This document shows, piece by piece, positions 55,767 to 64,000 of a stretch of 64,000 nucleotides of DNA. The notes beneath the pieces were generated by a model. The model searched no databases. It was not told where the DNA came from and was given only the letters and a program-made list of their open reading frames with translations. Source of the DNA: Candidatus Saccharicenans sp. GTDB lineage: Bacteria; Acidobacteriota; Aminicenantia; Aminicenantales; Saccharicenantaceae. The position numbers were made by a program, and so were the translations under genes. Where the stretch lies: contig JASEIU010000001.1 in the NCBI GenBank assembly GCA_030017715.1, forward strand, positions 1,520 through 65,519, in the 5' to 3' direction. Position 1 is the stretch's first letter; each line of letters starts with the position of its first letter.

Positions 55767-57250
55767 AAGGGATTTTCGGTGGGGTAAGGCAGGCCTGACG
55801 GCTGGTTGTAATAGATTTCGGACAGGCCTAACATCCGAAGCAGAGCAAAAAGCGTTCTGCCGGCGTACCGGAACCCGACAGCTGTATGATGCGGGAATCT
55901 TTTTTCAATCAGTACATGGCGGTAAAAACGGCCCATTTCTCTTATACCGAAAACGCCGATGCTGCCGAAAGATTGCGGTTCAATGTCCAGAACTTCGCCC
56001 TGGGCGAGGTATGAGCTCAACTTTGCGTTGGCTGTCCCCTGCAGCCGGAAGATGGTTACTTCGCCCGGCCTTATTCTGCCTTCCAGCGTGCCCCGGGTGA
56101 TTTCAGGTTGTTTTCCGGGCTCCATCAGCCGGTGCATGATCAACTGATATTTTAAGGCCGGCGACAGCAGGCAGCAGGAGGCGGTGTTGCCGCAGTGAAA
56201 GCCCATGAAAAGGTCGGTCTGTTTATAGTCCCCGACCTTCTTTTTATTCCTTTCGTACATATCTTCTGGCACGGTGTTGTTTATATCGAGCAGGGTGGCC
56301 GGAAGTTCGGTGGCGCAGGTCAGAAGGTATTCGCTCAGCGCGCCGTAGATATCCACCTCGCAGGCCACCGGAATTCCCCTGGCGGCCAGCCGGGCGTTTA
56401 CAAAGCAGGGGACAAAGCCGAAGTAGCTTTCAAACGCCGGCCAGCATTTGTTGGCGAAAGCTCCGTACTTAGATGCGCCGAGGTTCTTTTCCATGAATTT
56501 GAGCAAGGCCAGTTCGTACTGGGCGAGTTTGTCGAGCAGCTCTGGGTAATTATTGCCGGCTCCAAGTTCCCGGGCCATATCGGCCGCCACCGCTTTAATC
56601 TCGGGCGTTCCGGCCGCTTTCAAAAAAATGTCATACAGGTCAAGCTCGGAGTTTTCCATCACTTCCACGCCCAGGTCGAATAGCGGTTTGATCGGAGCGT
56701 TACAGGCATAAAAATCCTGTGGCCGTGGCCCGAAGCTGAATATCTTCAGGTTCTTTAACCCGAGCCAGGTTCTGGCCACCGGAACGAATTCTTCGACCAT
56801 CCGGGCTACTTGGGGGGCAGGGCCGACGGGATATTCAGGGATATGGACGTTGAACTGCCGCAGTCCGAGGTTGTAAGAAGTATTGAGTAATCCGCAATAG
56901 GCATCTCCGCGTCCGTCGTAAAGGTCGGATGCGGTTTCTTCAGCTGCCGCTGCTACCATCACCGGACCCTGAAATCTCTGAGCTAAAATGGTGGTCGGCC
57001 CTTCAGGTCCAAAATTTCCGAGAAAGACCACCAGCGAATCGATTTCCTTTTTCTTTATTTCATCAAGAGCTTTCAGCACGTCGTTTTCGCTCTCGATGAT
57101 GGTTTCCAGCTCGACTACCGGCAGGTTGAGTTTCTGACATTCGGCCGCTACCGCTATCCTTCTTTTTCTTGAGAGTTCAATCGGAAAACAATCACGGCTG
57201 ACGGCGATAAGTCCGATTTTTACTTCTGGAATGTTTTTGAGGTTCTCCAT
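55763..57250 (-). CDS. L-fucose-isomerase-like sugar isomerase in the araA position (predicted non-canonical L-arabinose isomerase)
   Basis: 495 aa. N-terminal KIGLIAVSRDCFP...VVFLGNFGPE resembles the FucI N-terminal/swivel region, not canonical AraA. Its start is 2 nt after the araD stop, with an AAGGAG ribosome-binding site embedded in araD. The arabinose-isomerase call is by operon context. Confidence 0.6.
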   Translation of the reverse strand: MENLKNIPEVKIGLIAVSRDCFPIELSRKRRIAVAAECQKLNLPVVELETIIESENDVLKALDEIKKKEIDSLVVFLGNFGPEGPTTILAQRFQGPVMVAAAAEETASDLYDGRGDAYCGLLNTSYNLGLRQFNVHIPEYPVGPAPQVARMVEEFVPVARTWLGLKNLKIFSFGPRPQDFYACNAPIKPLFDLGVEVMENSELDLYDIFLKAAGTPEIKAVAADMARELGAGNNYPELLDKLAQYELALLKFMEKNLGASKYGAFANKCWPAFESYFGFVPCFVNARLAARGIPVACEVDIYGALSEYLLTCATELPATLLDINNTVPEDMYERNKKKVGDYKQTDLFMGFHCGNTASCCLLSPALKYQLIMHRLMEPGKQPEITRGTLEGRIRPGEVTIFRLQGTANAKLSSYLAQGEVLDIEPQSFGSIGVFGIREMGRFYRHVLIEKRFPHHTAVGFRYAGRTLFALLRMLGLSEIYYNQPSGLPYPTENPF

Positions 57251-57252
57251 AA

Positions 57253-57951
57253 TTATTTCTCCTTTCTCTGTCCGTAATAGGCCCTGGGCCCGTGTTTTCT
57301 TTCAAAATGCTTTCTGATCAGGTAAGGTTCGAGCTCGGTGGCTCCGGGGTTAATCTGCAAGGTGGTGGCGGCCATTCCGGCTATGGTTTCCAGAAGAATA
57401 AGATTTTCCACCGCTTCCAGCCCGGATTTCCCCCAGGCAAAGGGACCGTGTCCCGAAACCAGACAGGCCGGATAATGTCCCGGGTCGAGTTGCTCAAATC
57501 TTTCGACGATTACCTTTCCGGTGCTGAGCTCATAGTCGGAAGTGACTTCGTTTTCGGTCAGCATCCGGGTTATCGGCACCGGTCCTGGACAGAAATCCGC
57601 CTGGGTGGTCCCAAGGCAGGGAATTTCCAGCCCGGCCTGAGCAAAAGCGGTGGCAAATTGACTGTGAGCATGGGCAATCCCGCCAATCTGAGGGAACTCC
57701 CGGTAGAGATGAAGATGGGTGGCGGTGTCGGAGGAAGGCTGCAGCGTGCCCTCCACCTGACGGCCTTCGAGGTCGAGAACCACCATGTCTTCCGGTTTCA
57801 TCTGATCATAAGCCACCCCGCTGGGCTTGATGGCGATCACTCCGCTTTTTCGGTCGACCTCACTCACATTTCCGAAGGTCAAAATGACCAGTCCGTATTC
57901 GACCAGCTTCAAATTGGCTTCCCAGACCCGTTTTTTAAGGTCTTGATACAT
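57253..57951 (-). CDS. araD: L-ribulose-5-phosphate 4-epimerase (class II aldolase fold)
   Basis: 232 aa, collinear with E. coli AraD: ANLxLxxxxLVxxTxGNVS, IKPSGV, SSDTxTH, GGIxHxHS, SHGPFAWGK and the C-terminal RKHGxxAYYGQ tail. Confidence 0.9.
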   Translation of the reverse strand: MYQDLKKRVWEANLKLVEYGLVILTFGNVSEVDRKSGVIAIKPSGVAYDQMKPEDMVVLDLEGRQVEGTLQPSSDTATHLHLYREFPQIGGIAHAHSQFATAFAQAGLEIPCLGTTQADFCPGPVPITRMLTENEVTSDYELSTGKVIVERFEQLDPGHYPACLVSGHGPFAWGKSGLEAVENLILLETIAGMAATTLQINPGATELEPYLIRKHFERKHGPRAYYGQRKEK

Positions 57952-58124
57952 TCTTTTGTTCCTTTTTCATTCCTTTTTTATGTTTCGTATATCCTTATCT
58001 TATTTAAGGCTCTCGAATCAATTATCTTCTGCCAGCCATTCTTCTTTTCGTCTTTTTCGGCATCCGCATCTTCTCCGGTTTGGCCAGGCCTTTTTCCCGG
58101 GTCGGCTAATCTTATGACTGTCGC

Positions 58125-59879
58125 TCAGGATTTAATGCCGCTTTTTTTCCTAAACCTCGATAGGCCTGTCTTCCTGGCCTTTTCCAGCTGGCGGTCGCGA
58201 ATGTCCAGCAGGTCCTTCATCAGATGGTAGAGATTACCCTGCCAGTCCCGGGTGCCAAAGGAGTCGTGCAGTTCCCGATAAAGACGGTAGAGTTCCTGGT
58301 AGACCTGATGTCGGTCCGGACGCGGCTTGAAACTGAATGGTTTTACCCCGCACATGGCCGCCTGGGCTTCCTCAAAGCGGTCATAACCTCCGCCCCGGCT
58401 TCCGGCCGCCACCGCCCCGGCCATAGCCGCACCCAGGGCGCAGGTCTGGGAGGAGCGGGCAACCTTCATTTCCAGGCCAAAAACATCAGCATAAATTTGC
58501 ATCACCAGGGGATTCTTCTCGGCTATTCCACCGCAGTTTATGACTTCATTGATTTCCACCCCGTATTCCTGGAAGCGCTTGATGATGGTCAGGGCTCCGA
58601 AGGCCGTGCCTTCGATGAGAGCCAGGTAAATCTCTTCCGGCCGGGAGTGGAGGGTTTGTCCGAGCAGAAGACCGGTCAGTCTCTGGTCAACCAGGATGGT
58701 TCGATTGCCGTTGTTCCAGTCGAGGGTCAGCAGGCCGGATTCACCGGGGAGGAGGGCTGAAGCCTTTCTGGTCAGCTCTTCATGACTGCCTTTCCTGGGC
58801 CCCCCGGGCTGGATGTAATTCACGAACCAGTTGAAAATATCTCCAACGGCCGATTGTCCGGCTTCCAGCCCGAAATAGCCTGGCAGGACTGAACCGTCGA
58901 CAATTCCGCAGAGACCCGGGATGTCAGCCAGCGGCCGGTCGTTAGGCCAGACGCAGATGTCGCAGGTGCTGGTGCCTATGATCTTGACGAACTTTCCCGG
59001 GGCCACGCCGGCGCCGACCGCTCCCAGGTGAGCGTCGAAAGCACCCACGGCCACCGGAATTCCCGGCTTCAGTCCGAGCATTTTCGCCCAGGATCTGGTG
59101 AGATAACCGGCCGGCTGGTCCGAGGTATGGGTGGTGTCATACAGCCTGTCCCTCAATTCTCCCAGCCGCGGGTCCAGTTTGCTGAGGAATTCCTTTGCCG
59201 GCAGCCCTCCCCACTGGTCGTTGAACATGGCTTTATGGCCGGCGGCGCAGCGGCTTCTTTTGATTTTGTCCGGTGCCAGGGTGCCGGTCAGAATGGCCGG
59301 GAGAAAGTCGACGCATTCCACCCAGCTGTGGGCAGCCTGGAAAACTTTCGGGTCCACCCTCAGGCAATGGAGAATCTTGCTGAAAAACCATTCGGAAGAA
59401 TAAACCCCGCCGCACTTGGCTAAGTATTCCGGATGCTCCCGGGATGCCAGCTCGGTAATTTCCCGGGCTTCGGCGAAAGAAGTATGGTCTTTCCACAGCC
59501 AGGCCTGGGCATTGAGGTTGTTCTTGAACTCATGGTGAAAAGCCAGCGGCAGGCCGTTTCTGTCAACCGGAATCGGGGTGGAACCGGTGGTGTCGATCCC
59601 TATTCCGATGATCTGTTCGGGCGAAAAGTTTTTTCTGGTTTTTCGAGCGAGGCGGAGGGCCTGTTTTACCACCCTCACCATCGACTCAAGGTAATCAGCC
59701 GGGTTCTGCCGTGCCAGGTTAGGGTCCTTTGAGTCGAGAAGTATGCCGTCCTCACCCGAAGGATAATTCACCACCGCGGTGCTCAGTTCTTCGCCGCTGG
59801 CAGTATCCGCCAGCAGTGCCCTGACTGAATTTGTTCCGAAATCCAGGCCCAGACTGTAAGCTCCGGCTTTTGACCTCAT
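58125..59879 (-). CDS. araB: ribulokinase (FGGY carbohydrate kinase)
   Basis: 584 aa. N-terminus SLGLDFGTNSVRALLAD...VVNYPSG matches AraB (GLDFGSDSVRA...). FGGY N- and C-terminal domains. GAGGAGG ribosome-binding site. Confidence 0.88.
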   Translation of the reverse strand: MRSKAGAYSLGLDFGTNSVRALLADTASGEELSTAVVNYPSGEDGILLDSKDPNLARQNPADYLESMVRVVKQALRLARKTRKNFSPEQIIGIGIDTTGSTPIPVDRNGLPLAFHHEFKNNLNAQAWLWKDHTSFAEAREITELASREHPEYLAKCGGVYSSEWFFSKILHCLRVDPKVFQAAHSWVECVDFLPAILTGTLAPDKIKRSRCAAGHKAMFNDQWGGLPAKEFLSKLDPRLGELRDRLYDTTHTSDQPAGYLTRSWAKMLGLKPGIPVAVGAFDAHLGAVGAGVAPGKFVKIIGTSTCDICVWPNDRPLADIPGLCGIVDGSVLPGYFGLEAGQSAVGDIFNWFVNYIQPGGPRKGSHEELTRKASALLPGESGLLTLDWNNGNRTILVDQRLTGLLLGQTLHSRPEEIYLALIEGTAFGALTIIKRFQEYGVEINEVINCGGIAEKNPLVMQIYADVFGLEMKVARSSQTCALGAAMAGAVAAGSRGGGYDRFEEAQAAMCGVKPFSFKPRPDRHQVYQELYRLYRELHDSFGTRDWQGNLYHLMKDLLDIRDRQLEKARKTGLSRFRKKSGIKS

Positions 59880-60265
59880 ATCTCGCGCCTCCTCATTGAT
59901 TAAATTTTAATTCAGGCTCCGGTCTTTTAGAAAGCGAAATTTTTCTTCCGCTCGTCCGGACCGCCAATTCATTATTTCGGGTGGCCAACAAAGTTCTTGA
60001 CATCACTTTCCTTTTCATTATATAAAAATTTTGTGTTAACGTTAACATTTAAGTAATTTTTATTTTATCCTTCAATGTTAACGTTAACGCCAAGGCGATA
60101 AAGATGATTGTCAGACAGAAAAGAATGGTCCGGACCTCAGCCGGGCGGCGGCGACCCGGTCCCGAAACACTGCTCCAGTCGTTCTTCCGGCAGTTCCAAT
60201 TCGCCCCCTGCCGGTTCCGGTCCGGCCAGAAAAATAAAAATCAATAAAATTAAAAGGAGGATTTA

Positions 60266-63200
60266 ATGTCCAAAGAAAAGCGTGGGCTGATGTTGGCTCT
60301 CGTCTTGCTGCTTTCCTTTTCGGTCCTCCAGGCTCAGATTACCCGTCAGACCGGAACGGTCCGCGGTGTAATCAAAGATGCGGATGGCACACCCCTGCCC
60401 GGCGTCAGCATAACTCTGACCGGGCCCGGCATGATGGGTAAGGCTACCGACATCAGCCGGGAGGATGGCACATTCCGGTTGCCGGCGGTTCCTCCGGGCA
60501 ACTACACCCTGACCGCTGAACTTCAGGGATTCAAGACCATTACCCTGAATGAGGTGATAGTCAGAGTGGGCTTGACCGTGACCCTGGAGGTGAAGATGGA
60601 GCCGGCCGCGGTCGAGGAACAGGTGACGGTTGTGGCTAAGGCTCCTGAAATTGACGTCCAGAAAACCAAAGTTACCACCGCCGTCACTTCCGAGGTTATT
60701 GCCAGGCTGCCGGTTAATCGCTCCCTGACCGGCCTGATGAACATCATCCCCTCGACGGTCGGAACTATCGCCACCTATTCGGGCAGCATTCACGGCACCG
60801 ACTGGAACGGCGTCACCTATGAAGTTGACGGAATTAACGCCAACTGCCCGACCACCGGCGGAGCTTTCGGCACTCCCCAGTTTGATGCCATCGAAGAAAT
60901 CGAGGTTATGACCGGAGCCATTCCGGCTCAGGTCGGTACCACCGGCGGAGCTTTTGTCAACATCGTCACCAAATCGGGCGGCAATAACTTCTCCGGCCAG
61001 GCCCAGGCTTACTACACCAACAAGCACCTGGCTCAGGTTCTCTTCCCCGATGAGCAACTCAGATCGATGCAGATCGGAAAGCCGAGCTTCAGTCTTTATG
61101 ACCTGGATACCTCAGCCATGGTCGGCGGTCCCATCATTAAGGACAAAATCTGGTTTTTTACCGATGTGGCTTTCACCAAGTCCAGCAACTGGGCTCCCTT
61201 CCGGCCGACCACCATTCTCGGCACCTCTTACGACCAGTATAAAGTCCCCAACCAGAATATGAGAGGCAATCTCAAGCTGACCACTGAATTTTCGAAGAAG
61301 CTGCGGTTTTACACTTACTTTTCGCTCGGCCAGACCCAGAGGATGTTCGAAGCCTGGTCCAACAAGACAGAAGACAGCACCTTTGATGCCAAGCCTACCC
61401 AGTATGTGGGCACGGCCAATCTGACCTGGATTCCAAGCAGCAGTTCTTTTATCGATTTCAGGTTGAACATCAATCACCTGGATTATCCAATAACCGCCAG
61501 AAATGGCTCGGATAAGATTGGCTATCAGGACGGCTACACCGGTTACATCTGGAACGGCATTCAGTCCTGGGAAAGTTTCATCATTCGCCATACCAACCAG
61601 GCTTCGGCCCGGATGACTCATTTTGCCGATAACGTCCTGGGCGGTGACCATGAACTGGGAGCCGGGGTGGAAGTTCAGTTCGGCTGGGACCGGTATTCCT
61701 ACGCCAGGCAGCAACCGATGGAATGGTTCTATTACAACGGCAATCCTTATTACTGGCGCGGATACTTTGGAGTGAATCAGCCGACCATTTATGGAGACGG
61801 CCGCCTGTCTTTTACCAACTGTGGTCCGTTCAAGGGCGACAGCGTTACCGACCTTTATGAATATAGGATAGGCGCTTATTTCCAGGACAACTTCACCATC
61901 AAGAACCGGCTGACCTTTAACCTCGGCTTGAGAATCGATTCCTACAACGGCTGGAGCGGCAAAGCCCGGTCCACCGGGACCACCGGCCTGTCCTACGAAA
62001 TCGGCCAGGTTCTGGCCCAGGACCTGGGCTTCAACCCCTACGGCGGATTTGAAGTCGACGGAATTAAAGATGTTCTGGTTTTCACCAGCCTGTCCCCGCG
62101 GCTCGGCCTGAGCTACGACCTGTTCGGCAACGGCCGGACGGCTCTGAAGCTTTCTTACGCCAGATATTCGGAGCAGGTGCCGGTGATGTGGTTCTCGGAA
62201 GTGCTCCCGGCCGTCATGGGTCAATACGAGTTCAACTGGTGGGACCTCAATCAGAATGGCCAGCCCGATTCCCCGGGCACCGATTATTACGAATACCGCT
62301 GGGGCCTGGGCGATTTCAAGTTGCCCGATATCGAGTATCTCAGTCAGATGGTTGATCGCAGCCTCCATGCTCCGATCCACAACGAAATCACAGCCGGGGT
62401 TGAGCATCAGCTGTTCAAAGATTTTGCGGTTAAAATGACTTATATCCACAAAAAGAAGACCGACCTGTTCGGCTGGGCCAAGTACGACCTGGAATCCGGC
62501 AGGTACTGGTACAAACTGGAACAGGCTCCGGACTGGTACGTTCCCTTCACCACCATAGTCCCGGCTTACGGCGCCTTCCCCGAACAGCAGGTGACGGTCT
62601 ATTTCATGAGCGAATATTCTCCCTACGAATCCATGGTCTACATCAAGACCAACATCCCCGAGCAGTTTGTTAAGTATGATGGCCTGGAGCTGGCCTTCGA
62701 TAAAAGATTTAACCACGGCTGGTCTCTGGGCGGTTCGTTCACGCTCTCCAGGACCAGTTCTCAATCCTGCGGCGACAGCCCCAACGATTTTGTCAACACC
62801 CCGGGTCGCGATAGCTACGACGTGCCCTTCATGCTGAAACTCTATGGAACCTTCAACCTGCCTTACGGTTTCATCGCTTCCTTTTTTATGAATTACCGGG
62901 TAGGCTATCCGTGGGGCCGCAGCGTGGAAATTGTGCCTCCGGATGATTGGGCTGTTTCTAATCACGTGGTGCCCTGGTCGGTCTGGGTAATGCTGGAACC
63001 CAGCGGCACCAGAAGGGAGCAGGATTTCACCAACGTCGATTTTCATCTGGAAAAAGAAGTCAGGCTGCCCTACGGCACCATCGGCGCTTTTGTTGATATC
63101 TACAACCTTTTCGGAAACAAAGTGGTTAACTATGGTTTGAATCCGATCAGCACCTGGTTCCCGACCGAAGAAGGCTCTGCTAACGGAACCTACAACCTGG

Positions 63201-63274
63201 ATTATAATTACAAGCGCGTTACCAGCATTTCAGCCACCAGGGTCTTCAAGTTCTCAATTCGTTACAGGTTCTGA
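60266..63274 (+). CDS. TonB-dependent receptor-like outer-membrane protein with N-terminal carboxypeptidase-regulatory-like (CarbopepD_reg) domain
   Basis: Signal peptide. GTVRGVIKDADGTPLPGVSITLTGPG matches the CarbopepD_reg fold. A roughly 850-aa beta-barrel follows, ending in an aromatic residue (…RYRF). AAGGAGG ribosome-binding site. Confidence 0.8.
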   Translation: MSKEKRGLMLALVLLLSFSVLQAQITRQTGTVRGVIKDADGTPLPGVSITLTGPGMMGKATDISREDGTFRLPAVPPGNYTLTAELQGFKTITLNEVIVRVGLTVTLEVKMEPAAVEEQVTVVAKAPEIDVQKTKVTTAVTSEVIARLPVNRSLTGLMNIIPSTVGTIATYSGSIHGTDWNGVTYEVDGINANCPTTGGAFGTPQFDAIEEIEVMTGAIPAQVGTTGGAFVNIVTKSGGNNFSGQAQAYYTNKHLAQVLFPDEQLRSMQIGKPSFSLYDLDTSAMVGGPIIKDKIWFFTDVAFTKSSNWAPFRPTTILGTSYDQYKVPNQNMRGNLKLTTEFSKKLRFYTYFSLGQTQRMFEAWSNKTEDSTFDAKPTQYVGTANLTWIPSSSSFIDFRLNINHLDYPITARNGSDKIGYQDGYTGYIWNGIQSWESFIIRHTNQASARMTHFADNVLGGDHELGAGVEVQFGWDRYSYARQQPMEWFYYNGNPYYWRGYFGVNQPTIYGDGRLSFTNCGPFKGDSVTDLYEYRIGAYFQDNFTIKNRLTFNLGLRIDSYNGWSGKARSTGTTGLSYEIGQVLAQDLGFNPYGGFEVDGIKDVLVFTSLSPRLGLSYDLFGNGRTALKLSYARYSEQVPVMWFSEVLPAVMGQYEFNWWDLNQNGQPDSPGTDYYEYRWGLGDFKLPDIEYLSQMVDRSLHAPIHNEITAGVEHQLFKDFAVKMTYIHKKKTDLFGWAKYDLESGRYWYKLEQAPDWYVPFTTIVPAYGAFPEQQVTVYFMSEYSPYESMVYIKTNIPEQFVKYDGLELAFDKRFNHGWSLGGSFTLSRTSSQSCGDSPNDFVNTPGRDSYDVPFMLKLYGTFNLPYGFIASFFMNYRVGYPWGRSVEIVPPDDWAVSNHVVPWSVWVMLEPSGTRREQDFTNVDFHLEKEVRLPYGTIGAFVDIYNLFGNKVVNYGLNPISTWFPTEEGSANGTYNLDYNYKRVTSISATRVFKFSIRYRF

Positions 63275-63298
63275 GCGGGTGTTGTTTCAGGCTATGGC

Positions 63299-63332
63299 GG
63301 GGGAAGAGCTCGGGCTCTTCCCCCTTTTTTTT
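63299..63332 (+). terminator. rho-independent terminator
   Basis: GGGGGAAGAGC-TCGG-GCTCTTCCCCC perfect 11-bp stem followed by TTTTTTTT, 25 nt after the TonB-receptor stop codon. Confidence 0.85.
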
Positions 63333-63644
63333 CGGCAGTTGAGTTTTCCCGGCCAGGGGAAAGCCGCGGCCGATTCTGACCGGGGGCTTAAGCTGACCTG
63401 TGTTCAGGCCGCTTAAGGACCGGAGATTGTTCCAATCGGAAGGAAAATGGCCGAAGCCGGGCGCAATTGATCATCTGCTGTGTTTGCTGAAGCGGAGAGG
63501 AGACAATAATTTGTTGGCGACGGAGATTAAAATTGATATAAATAATCGGAATGACTCCTGTCTTCGGGCCGACCGCATAAGGTCGGCTCATTTGATAGAC
63601 CAGAGCCCGGATGAATCTTTAAAAAAAATAAACGGAGGTGGCCG

Positions 63645-64000
63645 ATGTCCAGGAAGCTCAGGCCCAACTATTCTTCTCTGAGATTTCTTTTCCTGTTTGT
63701 TGCGGTCTTTTTTGTCTTGTTGACTCCGCATCTAAAGTCTCAGCTCAGGCTCAAAGACGACGATTTAAGGCTATTTCAGTTCAGGAACCTCGGGCCCTTC
63801 CGGGCCGGTTCCTGGGTGACCTGCTTTGCGGTGCCGGATTTTCCGCCGGAAGCTCATCTTTACACTTTTTATGTCGGCACCAGAAACGGCGGGGTCTGGA
63901 AGACCGTCAACAACGGCACCACCTTTGAACCCATCTTTGACGGTCAGGACCATCTCTCTATCGGCGCCCTGGCTCTGGCCCCTTCTGACCCCGGGGTGGT
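63645..64000 (+). CDS. 3'-partial secreted BNR/Asp-box (sortilin/Ycf48-like beta-propeller) protein
   Basis: AACGGAGGTG ribosome-binding site before the ATG at 63645. Signal-anchor. FYVGTRNGGVWKTVNNGTTFEPIFD is the typical first BNR-type repeat of these proteins. The ORF runs off the window end. Confidence 0.6.
   Translation, partial: MSRKLRPNYSSLRFLFLFVAVFFVLLTPHLKSQLRLKDDDLRLFQFRNLGPFRAGSWVTCFAVPDFPPEAHLYTFYVGTRNGGVWKTVNNGTTFEPIFDGQDHLSIGALALAPSDPGV

Noticed and set aside
1-64000. CRISPR arrays, rRNA or tRNA genes, integrase or recombinase genes
   Set aside because: No array of short direct repeats with unique spacers was seen. There are no cloverleaf-like tRNA candidates and no 16S/23S signatures. 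There is no tyrosine or serine recombinase motif. The only mobile-element trace is the decayed transposase HTH fragment.

Overview
This looks like a chromosomal fragment (about 57% GC) from an uncultured Gram-negative bacterium; the lineage cannot be determined from the sequence alone. Coding density is high on both strands, with mostly AGGAGG-type ribosome-binding sites. I call about 40 genes. The well-supported ones are: class II B12-dependent ribonucleotide reductase (NrdJ) with a YkoF/MTH1187-family gene; an MFS transporter; two paralogous amidohydrolase-3 lipoproteins; several Tat-exported periplasmic oxidoreductases (an aldo/keto reductase with an Fe-S tail, Gfo/Idh/MocA enzymes, a xylose-isomerase-like TIM barrel); an enolase-superfamily enzyme; a bacterial alpha-2-macroglobulin (CLEQ thioester) followed by PBP1C; a MenA-like UbiA prenyltransferase; a CPBP protease; a nitroreductase; an acyl-ACP thioesterase overlapping a patatin-like lipase; a GWxTD protein; a glycyl-radical enzyme with its activase, then MscS and an ornithine-cyclodeaminase-family reductase; an S46 peptidase; a CBM9/DUF5916-type outer-membrane protein; a YjgR/HerA-like ATPase; an araB-araD plus FucI-like-isomerase operon; and a CarbopepD/TonB-dependent outer-membrane receptor. 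No rRNA, tRNA or CRISPR was seen. The features most worth a second look are these. (1) The 9.3 kb alpha-2-macroglobulin/PBP1C cassette is bracketed by an approximately 370-bp, roughly 95%-identical direct repeat of the 5' part of the MenA-like gene, and its two genes are separated by a 315-bp purine-rich spacer. (2) A glycyl-radical enzyme locus is driven by a consensus TTGACA promoter overlapped by a perfect 9-5-9 palindromic operator and is linked to an ornithine-cyclodeaminase-family imine reductase; this may be a hydroxyproline-type radical dehydratase pathway. (3) A roughly 100-bp bidirectional-terminator cassette is duplicated around a secreted-protein gene and a decayed transposase helix-turn-helix fragment. 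(4) An orphan RHS/YD-repeat remnant is present. (5) A YjgR/HerA-like ATPase with a long coiled-coil tail overlaps an amidohydrolase gene, and an unannotated 54-aa basic protein gene lies nearby. (6) An 18-nt motif (core GGGGACAC) recurs exactly at two stop codons.
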